A stretch of DNA of 64,000 bases from Gemmatimonadales bacterium (GCA_025935995.1 JAICUF010000002.1:11680-75679), one strand, 5' to 3'; positions 36,424 through 45,638 are shown, numbered from the stretch's first letter. Numbers and translations are program-made. Notes: a model not told the origin generated them from the letters alone.

Positions 36424-37805
36424 TCTCGCTGCGCCGCGCGCACCTCGCCTTCGGCGCGCGCACCGCGCTGGAGGCGGTGCGCCACAACCGCCTCCGCGCG
36501 GGACTCACATCGCTGGGGATTCTCTTCGGCGTGGCGTCGGTGATCGCGATGCTCGCGATCGGGAAGGGCGCCGAGCGGGAAATCCTGGAGCAGATGGTCC
36601 TGCTCGGCGCCAACAATGTGATCATCACGCCGCTGACGCAGCAGAGCGAGGAGCAGGTAAAGGACCCGACGGCAAACCAGGGTGAGAAGAAGGTCGAGCG
36701 CTTCTCGCCCGGGCTCACCTATCTGGATGCGCAGGCGCTGGCGCGCGACATCCCCGGCGTCCAGACGGCGGCCGCGGAGATCGTCCTCAACACGAACATG
36801 ACGCGTGAGGGACGGCGCCGCACCGGCAAGGTCGTCGGGGTGGACACTTCCTATTTCCGGCTCACCAACCTGGAGCTCGGCCGCGGGGACTGGTTCACCC
36901 GCGACCAGGTGGAGCGGGGCCTCCCGGTCGCGGTGATCGGCTACGGCGTCCGCACCCGCTTCTTCACCAGCGAGGACCCGATCGGCCGCCCCATCAAGGT
37001 GGGCGACAGCTGGCTCACCGTCGCCGGCGTCCTCACCGACCGCAGGGTGAGCGACGAGGCCGTCTCGAAGCTCGGCGTCCGCGACGCGAACATGGACGTG
37101 TACGTGCCGGCGCGCACCATGCTGCTCCGCTTCCGCGACCGGGCCCGCGTCACCCAGCGCGACGTGGAGCAGGCGGCGAGCAACGATGGCGGCGGCGGCG
37201 ACGACGACGCGCAGAAGACCGAGACGACGGAGCAGCACGACGAGCGGGTGAACCACAACCAGCTCGACCGGATCATCGTCCGCGTGGAGAACGCCGCGGA
37301 GGTGCCGGGCGTGACGGAGCTGATCCGGCGGACGCTGCTCCGGCGCCACAACGGCGTCGTGGACTTCGAGGTGAGCGTCCCCGAGCTGCTCCTCCGCCAG
37401 CAGCAGCGCACCAAGAACATCTTCAACGTCGTGCTCGGCGCCATCGCGTCGATCTCGCTCGTGGTGGGCGGGATCGGCATCATGAACATCATGCTCGCCT
37501 CGGTGCTCGAGCGCATCCGGGAGATCGGCGTGCGCCGCGCGGTCGGCGCCACGCAGCAGGAGATCCTGCTCCAGTTCCTGAGCGAGGCGGTGCTCATCAG
37601 TGTGGCGGGGGGCCTGGCCGGGATCATCCTGGGCGCCGCCATCAGCGCCGGGATCGAGCGCTTCGCCGGCATCACCACGATCGTCTCCTTTCTGTCCGTC
37701 GCCATCGCCTTCGGGGTGTCGTTCGCGGTGGGCGTGCTCTTCGGGATCGTGCCGGCCCAGCGCGCGGCGCGGCAGGATCCCGTCGTCTGTCTCCGGTACG
37801 AGTGA
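36420..37805 (+). CDS. MacB-type ABC transporter permease (MacB_PCD + FtsX), without ATPase domain
   Basis: ...LRAGLTSLGILFGVASVIAMLAIGKGAE... TM1, a large periplasmic domain, and a C-terminal FtsX 3-TM bundle ...EIGVRRAVGATQQEILLQFLSEAVLIS...PAQRAARQDPVVCLRYE. No Walker motifs anywhere in the ORF. Confidence 0.9.
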   Translation: MISLRRAHLAFGARTALEAVRHNRLRAGLTSLGILFGVASVIAMLAIGKGAEREILEQMVLLGANNVIITPLTQQSEEQVKDPTANQGEKKVERFSPGLTYLDAQALARDIPGVQTAAAEIVLNTNMTREGRRRTGKVVGVDTSYFRLTNLELGRGDWFTRDQVERGLPVAVIGYGVRTRFFTSEDPIGRPIKVGDSWLTVAGVLTDRRVSDEAVSKLGVRDANMDVYVPARTMLLRFRDRARVTQRDVEQAASNDGGGGDDDAQKTETTEQHDERVNHNQLDRIIVRVENAAEVPGVTELIRRTLLRRHNGVVDFEVSVPELLLRQQQRTKNIFNVVLGAIASISLVVGGIGIMNIMLASVLERIREIGVRRAVGATQQEILLQFLSEAVLISVAGGLAGIILGAAISAGIERFAGITTIVSFLSVAIAFGVSFAVGVLFGIVPAQRAARQDPVVCLRYE

Positions 37806-37809
37806 TTTC

Positions 37810-39264
37810 ATGACGCTTCGCCTCACGCTGGGCTCGGCTTTCGCGCTCGCGGCGGGAGTCCCGTTCGCCGGCCTCCGCGCCCAGGAGCCGCTCACCCTGG
37901 AGCGCGCGGTGCAGATGGCGCAGGACCAGGGCTATCAGGGGCGTGCCGCCGTCGCGGCGCGCGACGCCGCCCGGTTCCGCGACCGCTCGTTCTATGCCGC
38001 GTATCTCCCCCAGCTCTCGCTCGGCGGCACCCTGCCGCGGTACAACCGCGCCATCATCCCGGTGCTGCAGCCGGACGGCTCGACGCTCTTCCGCCCGCAG
38101 AACCAGACCGACGCCGGCCTCTCCGCCACGCTGAGCCAGCGGCTCCCGACCGGCGGCGACCTCTTCGTCTCGTCCTCGCTCACCACCTTCTCCATCAGCG
38201 GCGATCAGACGATCCGCACCTGGTCGTCCACGCCGGTGTCGCTCGGCATCCGCCAGAGTCTCTTCCGGCCCAACACCTTCTCCCTCGATCGCCGGGAGCG
38301 GCCGCTGGCGTCCGACCTCGCGGAGCGCCAGTTCCTCGCCTCGCGGGAGGAGCTGGCGGGCCAGACGACGGGACTCTTCTTCGACGTCTACTCGGCGGGC
38401 GTGCTGCTCAGGAACGCCACCGCCAACGCGGCGGTGAACGACACGCTCTACACCCTCAACAAGGGACGCTTCGAGGTCGGGAAGATCGGCGAGAACGACC
38501 TGCTGCAGAGCGAGCTGGCGCTCCTTCGTGCCCGCACGGCGGTGGACGCCGCGCGCCTCGAGTACACGCGTGCTCAGGCGGCGCTGCGGCTCGCGATCAG
38601 CCTGCCCGAGCCGGCGCCGCTCGATCTGGTGATTCCGGTGAACGTCCCCGACTACACCCCCGACAGCGCGCTGGCCGTCCGGCAGGCGGTCGAGAACGGC
38701 GTGAGCGCGTCCAGCGTGGCGCTCAACGCGGTGCAGGCCGACCGGCGCGTGACGGAGGCGAAGCTCAACAACGGCTTCAGCGCCACCGTGCAGGCCAGTG
38801 TGGGGTTCAACGCGACGGCGCCCGAGATGGGTCTCGCCTACCAGAATCTGCTGCAGGCGCGGCAGGCCACGGTCTCGGTCGAGCTGCCGCTCTTCACGTG
38901 GGGGACCGGAAGCAACGCGGTGAAGGCCGCCGAGTCCGATCGCGAGCAGACGGCAAACCTGGGGCGGTCGGCGCTGGAGCAGGCGGCGCAGGCGGCCCGC
39001 TTCGCGGCACTCCAGCTGCCGCTCGCGCGGCGGAACCTGCTGCTCTCCGCCAAGGCCGACACGGTGGCCGCCAAGCGGTTCGAGGTGGCCTACAACCGCT
39101 ACGTCATCGGCCGCATCGCGATCGACAATCTCTATCTGGCGCAGGCGGAGAAGGACGAGGCCAGCAACCAGTACGTCCAGGCCCTGCGCAACTACTGGGT
39201 CGCGCACTACCGGCTGCGCGCGCTGACCCTCTACGACTTCGAGGCCGCCAAGCCGCTCCGCTAG
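37810..39264 (+). CDS. TolC family outer-membrane efflux protein
   Basis: Starts 5 nt after the permease stop. Signal peptide, then LTLERAVQMAQDQGYQ... and two OEP repeats with long helical segments (...LEYTRAQAALRLAI...; ...ALRNYWVAHYRLRALT...). Confidence 0.85.
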   Translation: MTLRLTLGSAFALAAGVPFAGLRAQEPLTLERAVQMAQDQGYQGRAAVAARDAARFRDRSFYAAYLPQLSLGGTLPRYNRAIIPVLQPDGSTLFRPQNQTDAGLSATLSQRLPTGGDLFVSSSLTTFSISGDQTIRTWSSTPVSLGIRQSLFRPNTFSLDRRERPLASDLAERQFLASREELAGQTTGLFFDVYSAGVLLRNATANAAVNDTLYTLNKGRFEVGKIGENDLLQSELALLRARTAVDAARLEYTRAQAALRLAISLPEPAPLDLVIPVNVPDYTPDSALAVRQAVENGVSASSVALNAVQADRRVTEAKLNNGFSATVQASVGFNATAPEMGLAYQNLLQARQATVSVELPLFTWGTGSNAVKAAESDREQTANLGRSALEQAAQAARFAALQLPLARRNLLLSAKADTVAAKRFEVAYNRYVIGRIAIDNLYLAQAEKDEASNQYVQALRNYWVAHYRLRALTLYDFEAAKPLR

Positions 39265-41474
39265 CGGCCCGGATGGTAGGTGCGCTCGGTGTGGCCCGTC
39301 AGCTGCGACGGGTAGAAGTACACCTCGCGCAGATCGCCGCTCGCGTAGCGGGCCGCCTCGTCGTTGAAGTGCGGCGAAGCGGGATCGCCGCTCTCGCCGC
39401 CCGCCGTCACCGCCCGCGCCCGCACGCTGTCGCCGAACTCCACCACCGCCACGAAGCTGTTGCCGCTCGTCCCGTACCACTTCTTCGTGCCGGGATACGG
39501 TCGCGCGCCGAACGACGCAAGTGAGCCCCAGGTGGCCGACGTGAACGGCACGGGGATGCTCGGGCCGGCATCGCTGAACGGCTGCACGATGTCGCCGGTG
39601 AGGCGCTGGAAGCGGTTGATCTCGCCCCAGGCGGTACGCCAGGTGCCGAAGTCGGCGGTGAGCCGGGCGGAGGCGGAATCGAGCGCCGCGAGCAGGAGGT
39701 CCGCCGGCGCCCGCGCTCCCAGGTACTCCTCGACGGAGAGCCGGGCCCGCCGCGCGTCGGCAAAGGCCGCGCGCTGCGCCGCCGTGCCCCAGAAGACGCC
39801 GAGGGCGGTGGGCACCGATGAGGCCGACCAGCGACGGTCCCACGTCCGGAGCGCCGCGACCTGTTCGGCGAGCCGCGCCTTTCTCGCGTCGGTGGCCGGG
39901 AGACCGTCCCACGCGGCGAGGAGTGCCGGGAGCGGCTGCTCGAACCAGGTGAGATAGGTATCGTAGGCCGCCGCGCGGAGCGCCTCGAGCGTGAAGTCCT
40001 TCCGGCCCTCGAGCACGCGCACCGCGTGGCGGCCGCGCGCCGAGCCGGCGCCGGTCTCCACGTAGGCGGGGTAGTCGGCGCGCTTCGGGCTGCTCGGCCC
40101 GGCGGCCGACCACGGCCAGTCGTTGCTGTTGTAGAGCCAGCCGCTCGCGGGATTGTGGAGGCCGGGGGTCTCGTCGATCGAGAGCACGCCGTGCCAGTCG
40201 GTCGCGGGATTGCTGCCGTCCACCGGCCGGGTCCAGTCGAACGACGTGTCGCGGCGCGGGATGAAGTTGGCGTGGAAGTAGGCGATGGTGCCGTCGGCGT
40301 CGGCGTAGATGGTGTTGTTGGACGAGTTGGTGTGCAGCTCCATCGATCGGCGGAACTCGGCGTAGTTCCGGGCGCGCGTTCGGGTGTACGACTGGGTGAG
40401 GGCCTTCACCGGTGCCTGCATGAGCGCGATCGACACCCACTTGTCGCCGGTCGAGCGGATGACGGGCCCGTGCCGCGTGTAGAAGGCGGTGAAGGTGCGC
40501 CGCGCGACGCCGCTGTCGGTGCGCCAGGGCACGGTGATGCGCGTCGTGGTGACCGGGATCTCCCGTCCGCCGTAGCGATAGTAGTACCGCCCGTGCGTCC
40601 GCGTCACCGTCTCGAGGTATTCGTCGATCGCGTCGGCGCCGCTCGACGTGTGCATCCAGCCCACGCGCGGGTTGAACCCCTGATAGACGAAGAACTGTCC
40701 CCACGTCACCGCCCCGTAGGCGTCGAGCCCCGCATCGCTCGTCATCTGCAGCTCGGAGCGGAAGAAGAACGAGGTGTGGGGGTTGATGAGGAGGAGCGCG
40801 TGGTGCGACGTCGTGTTGGAGGGAGCGATGGCGATGCCGTTCGATCCGCGCGGCTCGCCGTCGCCGCCGTCGTAGGTCTCCGTCACTGTCGCCGGCCCCG
40901 TGCCGTAGAACTTCTGCAGCTCGGCCAGGCTCACGCGCTCGATGTCCCCGCCGATGCTGCCCTCGCTGAAGCTGAGCGCCATCCACGGCTCGAAGCGGCG
41001 GAGGACGCGGGGGTGCACGGCGGGATGCGTCGCGAGGTAGTAGTTGAGCCCGTCGGCCCACGCGGTCATGAGACTCTGGAGCCAGGCCGGGCTCCGGCGA
41101 TACAGCATCCGCATCGAATCGGGATCGATGAAGAGCTTCATCCGGAGGTCCTGCCAGACGGCCGACTCTCCCTCCGCCTCCGCCATGCGGCCGAGCGAGG
41201 TGAGATAGTTGGTCTCGACCCGGTTGAAGTCGTCCTCGGCCTGGGCGTAGATCATGCCGAAGACGGCGTCGGCATCGGTCTTTCCATGGACGTGGGCGAT
41301 GCCCCAGTCGTCGCGGACGATGGTGACGGCGCGCGCATGCCGCTCCCAGCGCGCCCGCTCGGCCGACCGGGCGGGAGCGGCGGCGCGGACTGGTGCGGGC
41401 GACTGGGGGACGGCGGCGAGGAGGAGGAGAATGGGGAGGAGTGTCATCCTTCCAGTATACCACGCGTATACCAC
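39261..41474 (-). CDS. penicillin acylase family (S45, Ntn hydrolase) protein, secreted
   Basis: ...IVRDDWGIAHVHGKTDADAVFGMIYAQAEDDFNRVE... (alpha subunit) and a ...GSNGIAIAPSNT... processing site exposing the nucleophilic Ser. An alternative start at 41447 (MTLLPILLLL...) is possible. Confidence 0.9.
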   Translation of the reverse strand: MVYAWYTGRMTLLPILLLLAAVPQSPAPVRAAAPARSAERARWERHARAVTIVRDDWGIAHVHGKTDADAVFGMIYAQAEDDFNRVETNYLTSLGRMAEAEGESAVWQDLRMKLFIDPDSMRMLYRRSPAWLQSLMTAWADGLNYYLATHPAVHPRVLRRFEPWMALSFSEGSIGGDIERVSLAELQKFYGTGPATVTETYDGGDGEPRGSNGIAIAPSNTTSHHALLLINPHTSFFFRSELQMTSDAGLDAYGAVTWGQFFVYQGFNPRVGWMHTSSGADAIDEYLETVTRTHGRYYYRYGGREIPVTTTRITVPWRTDSGVARRTFTAFYTRHGPVIRSTGDKWVSIALMQAPVKALTQSYTRTRARNYAEFRRSMELHTNSSNNTIYADADGTIAYFHANFIPRRDTSFDWTRPVDGSNPATDWHGVLSIDETPGLHNPASGWLYNSNDWPWSAAGPSSPKRADYPAYVETGAGSARGRHAVRVLEGRKDFTLEALRAAAYDTYLTWFEQPLPALLAAWDGLPATDARKARLAEQVAALRTWDRRWSASSVPTALGVFWGTAAQRAAFADARRARLSVEEYLGARAPADLLLAALDSASARLTADFGTWRTAWGEINRFQRLTGDIVQPFSDAGPSIPVPFTSATWGSLASFGARPYPGTKKWYGTSGNSFVAVVEFGDSVRARAVTAGGESGDPASPHFNDEAARYASGDLREVYFYPSQLTGHTERTYHPGR

Positions 41475-41489
41475 GCGCGCGCGTCCGCG

Positions 41490-42242
41490 CTACGACACCG
41501 GCTCGGGGTCGCTTCCGACCGTCGCGTAGTAGCCCGCGACGCGCGCCGCTGCGCCCGCCCGGGTGTAGACGTCGGGCTTCCGCGTCGCGATCACCTGGGC
41601 GATCACCGCCGCCACCTCCTCCGCGCTCTGCGATTCGGGCAGGGCCCGCGAGTCGGGCCCGCCGTGCAGGGCGTTGAGGCCGAAGTCGGTGCGCACCACC
41701 CCGGGCGAGACGAGCGAGAACTGGATGCCCGGGTGCGTCTCCTGGACCTCGAGTCGGAAGGTGGTGGTGAGCGCGTTCAGGAAGTGCTTGGCGCCGCAGT
41801 AGGCCGAGCGGAACACCGCGAAGGGCAGCCGGCCCAGGAGCGACGAAATGTTGATGACGTGGCCGGCGTTCCGGCTCCGGAAGTGGGGCAGGATCTCCTG
41901 CATGCCGTAGAGCGCGGACTTGATGTTGATGCGGATCACGTCGTCGACGTCCTCGTCGGTGAGCTGCGAGGGCGGGCGCGTGATGCCCTGGCCGACGTTG
42001 TTGATCCAGACGTCCACGCCGCCGAAGCGGCCGATGGCTTCGGTCACTACGCGGCGGACCTCGGTCCGGACCGTCATGTCGGCCGCGATCGCGTGGCCGC
42101 GGCCGCCGCACCGCGCGGCGACCTCCCCGAGGGCCGCCTGCCGTCGCGCGGTGAGCACCACCGACATGCCGTCGGCCGCGAGCCGCTCCGCCGCCGCGGC
42201 GCCGATGCCGCCGCTCGCGCCGGTGATGACGACGACCGTCAC
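41490..42242 (-). CDS. SDR family oxidoreductase
   Basis: TGASGGIG cofactor motif at the N-terminus, NNVG, and a catalytic YCGAK (YxxxK) motif. Confidence 0.9.
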   Translation of the reverse strand: MTVVVITGASGGIGAAAAERLAADGMSVVLTARRQAALGEVAARCGGRGHAIAADMTVRTEVRRVVTEAIGRFGGVDVWINNVGQGITRPPSQLTDEDVDDVIRINIKSALYGMQEILPHFRSRNAGHVINISSLLGRLPFAVFRSAYCGAKHFLNALTTTFRLEVQETHPGIQFSLVSPGVVRTDFGLNALHGGPDSRALPESQSAEEVAAVIAQVIATRKPDVYTRAGAAARVAGYYATVGSDPEPVS

Positions 42243-42244
42243 GC

Positions 42245-42559
42245 TCAGCTCGCGGGCGGGTGGCGGAGCACCACGCCGGTCGCGCCGTTCAGGCGGGCGA
42301 CATAGCCGGCCGGGCTCTCGCCCGGCTCGCGGCGGGGCAGGGCAAAGTGCGGGTCGTCCGGCTGGGGGCGGCTTCCTTCCGGCGCTTCGTCCACCATGAG
42401 GTCGCCGCCCCGCGACTCGACCGCCTGCTCGAACCGCTCCACCGCATCCATCATGGCCGTCAGCTCGTCCGGCGTCTCGCGCCCGTCGAGCGCGATCCCG
42501 AGCGCGGTGAGGCGGCCCGCGGTTTCGCGCGAGACGCGGTTCAGGTCATCGTTCGCCAT
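42245..42559 (-). CDS. hypothetical protein
   Basis: 104-aa ORF packed tightly between the small membrane protein and SDR genes. Natural composition; no family recognised. Confidence 0.45.
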   Translation of the reverse strand: MANDDLNRVSRETAGRLTALGIALDGRETPDELTAMMDAVERFEQAVESRGGDLMVDEAPEGSRPQPDDPHFALPRREPGESPAGYVARLNGATGVVLRHPPAS

Positions 42560-42800
42560 GATGTTTCTCCCGACTGAAGATGATTCTGGCCAGCGCCACG
42601 AGACTTACCACTGCCCAGACGCCGTTGAGGAGCACGAAGCCGTACAGCCGCCCGGTGACGGCGACGGCGGTGAGCAGCAGCGATCCCGCGAGATTGACGG
42701 TCTGGTACACCGCGCTCCGCGTGTCCACCCAACCGATCTGGCTCGCGGCAAAACCCGCCAGGACGAGCGCGGCGCCGGCAAGCTGGACGAGCTGGGTCAC
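42546..42800 (-). CDS. small three-helix membrane protein (hypothetical)
   Basis: The tail of ORF 42546..43172. A GTG at 42800 lies 8 nt downstream of a GGAGG box. Sequence ...LVQLAGAALVLAGFAASQIGW...YQTVNLAGSLLLTAVAVTGRLYGFVLLNGVWAVVSLVAL.... Confidence 0.5.
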   Translation of the reverse strand: MTQLVQLAGAALVLAGFAASQIGWVDTRSAVYQTVNLAGSLLLTAVAVTGRLYGFVLLNGVWAVVSLVALARIIFSREKHHGER

Positions 42801-42909
42801 GGTCACGGCCTCCAGGTGAAAAGCGCGGCACAGGTCGCTTGATTGAATGTGGCGGAGACGAGCCGGCGGCAACAGCTGGGCCCGGCAGCAACCCAGGCAA
42901 GGAGCTCGG

Positions 42910-43581
42910 ATGAGATACGCCCGGATGGTGGTTCTGCTGGCATGCGTGGCGGGGTGCGGCTCCGACCAGAGCGGGCCCGGCGGCGCGGGCGCCCGCCTCA
43001 GCGTGGTCAACGCCGCCGCCGCCGCGGGCACGCTCAAGGTGTACGTGGACGGAAGTTTCGCCGGCGACGTCGGCGCCGCGGCGGCGGGGGCGGCGGTGGA
43101 GGTGGACCCCGGCGCGCACGAGGTGATGGTACGGCCGGCCACCGGGGCCGACGGCTTCACGCGGAACGTCACCGTGGCCGCGGGCCGCTCCCTGACGCTG
43201 GTGAGCTACGACTCCCTCGGCCTCCTCCGGCCGACGGTGCTCGAGGACTCGAATGCGACCGTCGCGGCCGGGGCGAGCAAGCTCCGCGTGGCGCACTTCG
43301 CCGCGGCCGCCGGCGCGATCGACATCTGGCGCACGCAGCCGGACTACGCGACGCCGATCCGGATCATGTTCCCCTTCAACTATCGGGACGTCTCGCCCTA
43401 CGTGGCGAGCACGCCGGGCGCATGGCGGGTCCTGGTGTCCACGGCGATCGCCGATCCCGCCGGCCCGATGCCGGATACCCTGGCGATGACGGGAAGCCTG
43501 ACGGTTGGAGACGGCGAGGCGCGGACGGTGGTGGTTGTGGATCGTCCCGGCGGCGGGGTGGACGTCATCGCGGTGGAGTGA
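42910..43581 (+). CDS. DUF4397 domain lipoprotein
   Basis: An AAGGAG SD precedes the ATG at 42910. Lipobox LLACVAGC. Repeated ...RLSVVNAAAAAGTLKVYVDG... / ...KLRVAHFAAAAGAIDIW... units are typical of DUF4397. Confidence 0.7.
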   Translation: MRYARMVVLLACVAGCGSDQSGPGGAGARLSVVNAAAAAGTLKVYVDGSFAGDVGAAAAGAAVEVDPGAHEVMVRPATGADGFTRNVTVAAGRSLTLVSYDSLGLLRPTVLEDSNATVAAGASKLRVAHFAAAAGAIDIWRTQPDYATPIRIMFPFNYRDVSPYVASTPGAWRVLVSTAIADPAGPMPDTLAMTGSLTVGDGEARTVVVVDRPGGGVDVIAVE

Positions 43582-43586
43582 GCCGC

Positions 43587-45638
43587 TCAGAGAAGCAGGT
43601 CGCTTCGCACCCGCTTCCGCACCGCCCACCAGAGCGCGCCGGCCAGATTGGATTTGCGGACCACGACCGACGCCTCGCCGCTCGCGCCCGGCCGCCAGGC
43701 GGCGCCGGCCGGCAGGTGCACGCGCGCCTCGACGTCCCCCGTCGCCGCGGTGCGCGACACGCTCGTGATCGCGCCGCGCACCGGATGCGCGACATCGGCG
43801 AGCGAGAGGAGCGTCACGCGCTGCCCCGGCGCCACCAGCGTCGAGCCGCTGCCGTTGAGCCGGATGCGCACTTCGGATGAATCCGGCTCCCCGATCGTCA
43901 GCACGGTCTGTCCCGCATCGACCCACTGGCCGCTGAGCCATTCGGGTCGCGCCGTGAGCACGACCCCCGCCTCCGGCGCCCGGAGCGCGAGCGCCGCGAT
44001 GCGCGCGCGCGCGGCGTCCAGGCCGGCCGCGGCCACCGCGCGCTCCCGCGCGAGCCGCTCCGCCTCGCCCGCGTCGCCGGCCGCGCGCGCACGGGCTTCG
44101 AGCATCGCGAGCGAATCGGCCGAGCGGCGCCCGGCGATCGCGGCGCGCTCGAGGGCAAAGTCGCGGAGCCGCACCAGCGGCGCGCCGGCGGGCACGCTCG
44201 TCCCTTCGCGCACCATGACGCTCGCCACGTAGGCGGAGTCGGGGGCGACGAGCGCCGTGGCGCGGGCAGGGGCGGCGGTGAAGGGGCCCGTCACGGTGAT
44301 GGACCACGGGATGAACAGGAGGGCGAGCAGCACCGCGAGCACCGCCGCGCCGACGCGGAAGCGGAGCGGCTTCGCGAGCAGCGCTTCCCGATGCTCCCGC
44401 ACCGAGCGCCCGATCGCGGCGGCCCAGGAGCGGATCTGGCCCCTCAGGAGAAGCAGAATCCCGCCCAGCGCCACGACGACGCCCGTGAACCCGAACACCC
44501 GACCGGCCCGGGTCACCACGAACGAGCCGACCAGCGTCAGCACCATGATCAGATAGGCGAACGATGCGATGCCGTAGAGCAGGAAGACCTTCCGTTCCCG
44601 CTCCGAGGCGGGCGGCATGGCAACCTCGAGCCGCAGCAGGTGGCGCTGCACCATCCAGCGCAGGTGATCGAAGGCCCGGTGCCGCATGTTGGGGATCTCG
44701 AGCCAGTCGCTGAGCGCGAAGTAGCCGTCGAGCGGCATCAGCGGGTTCGCGTTGGTGAGCGCCGAAACGACGCCACCCACGAGGAAGGTGAAGAGGGCGA
44801 GCTGCGACACCATCGTTCCCGGCTCCGCCAGCCACCACACGATCCCCGCGAGCGACGCGACGATCGCCTCGATCCACGAGCCCGCGGCGGTCACGGCGAG
44901 CCGCGCGCGCAGCTCGGGAAAGGTCCAGGCGTCGTTCACGTTGGCGAAGAAGGCGGGCTGGAAGTAGAGCAGCATGAAGCCCATCTCGTGCACCTCGCCC
45001 CCGTAGTGCTTGCAGGTGATCCCGTGTCCCAGCTCATGGATCAGGATGATGACCATGAGGGTGAGCCAGAGGAGCACGGCGAGCCCCGGGGTGTACGAGC
45101 CCAGGTGCGTGAGCTGCGCAAAGCCGGTGTGGAGCTTGTCCCAGTTCGTCGCCATGAGGACGAGATTGACGGCGAAGAGGGCGAGCGAGAAGATCACGAA
45201 CCCGCGCGTGTAGAAGAAGCCGAGGCGCGGGATCCAGCGGTTGAAGAGCGCGTCGGGATCGCCCATGGACCACCGCATCCGCAGCAGCTCACCCTTGAAG
45301 AGGCGGGGCCGCGCGCGCCGCTTCCGCTCGGCGCGGAGCCGCTCGAGCTGGAGGACGCTCCGCTCGCCGACCGACCGCTCCATCAGTCCCATGCGGTTGA
45401 GCTTCTGCGCGAATCCCTCGACCGCCGCCTCCGAGACCCCGATCCCCGCCTCGCGCAGCGCCTCCGCCGCCTCGCCGCAGGTCCGGGTGCCGTCGAGCGC
45501 GCGCATGACGGTGATCTCGACCGAGCGGAAGCGGAAGTATTTCTGGCTCGCGAGATCCTTGACGACGTAGCTCAGCTCGCCGCGGTAGGTCTGCTCCACG
45601 ATGGCGACGTCGGGGCGGAGCCGCGGCGTGCGGGTCAT
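43587..45638 (-). CDS. three-part fusion: N-terminal PqqD/RRE-like domain + M50 (site-2 protease) membrane metalloprotease + C-terminal HlyD-type adaptor domain
   Basis: 683 aa. HELGH is at aa 201-205 (nt 45024-45038) inside a TM helix, and the second S2P motif NANPLMPLDG lies downstream. aa ~440-683 carry lipoyl halves (...VMVREGTSVPAGAPLVRL... / ...LRAPEAGVVLT...), a coiled coil and a beta-barrel. aa ~30-88 (...ITVMRALDGTRTCGEAAEALREAGIGVSEAAVEGFAQKLNRMGLME) follow the PqqD-family pattern. Confidence 0.9.
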   Translation of the reverse strand: MTRTPRLRPDVAIVEQTYRGELSYVVKDLASQKYFRFRSVEITVMRALDGTRTCGEAAEALREAGIGVSEAAVEGFAQKLNRMGLMERSVGERSVLQLERLRAERKRRARPRLFKGELLRMRWSMGDPDALFNRWIPRLGFFYTRGFVIFSLALFAVNLVLMATNWDKLHTGFAQLTHLGSYTPGLAVLLWLTLMVIILIHELGHGITCKHYGGEVHEMGFMLLYFQPAFFANVNDAWTFPELRARLAVTAAGSWIEAIVASLAGIVWWLAEPGTMVSQLALFTFLVGGVVSALTNANPLMPLDGYFALSDWLEIPNMRHRAFDHLRWMVQRHLLRLEVAMPPASERERKVFLLYGIASFAYLIMVLTLVGSFVVTRAGRVFGFTGVVVALGGILLLLRGQIRSWAAAIGRSVREHREALLAKPLRFRVGAAVLAVLLALLFIPWSITVTGPFTAAPARATALVAPDSAYVASVMVREGTSVPAGAPLVRLRDFALERAAIAGRRSADSLAMLEARARAAGDAGEAERLARERAVAAAGLDAARARIAALALRAPEAGVVLTARPEWLSGQWVDAGQTVLTIGEPDSSEVRIRLNGSGSTLVAPGQRVTLLSLADVAHPVRGAITSVSRTAATGDVEARVHLPAGAAWRPGASGEASVVVRKSNLAGALWWAVRKRVRSDLLL

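Noticed and set aside
37672-42111. 1479-aa minus-strand ORF spanning the TolC, acylase and SDR regions
   Set aside because: It crosses three genes with strong family signatures in other frames or strands. The composition (R, G, P, H runs) is non-protein-like. High-GC stop-codon depletion explains its length.
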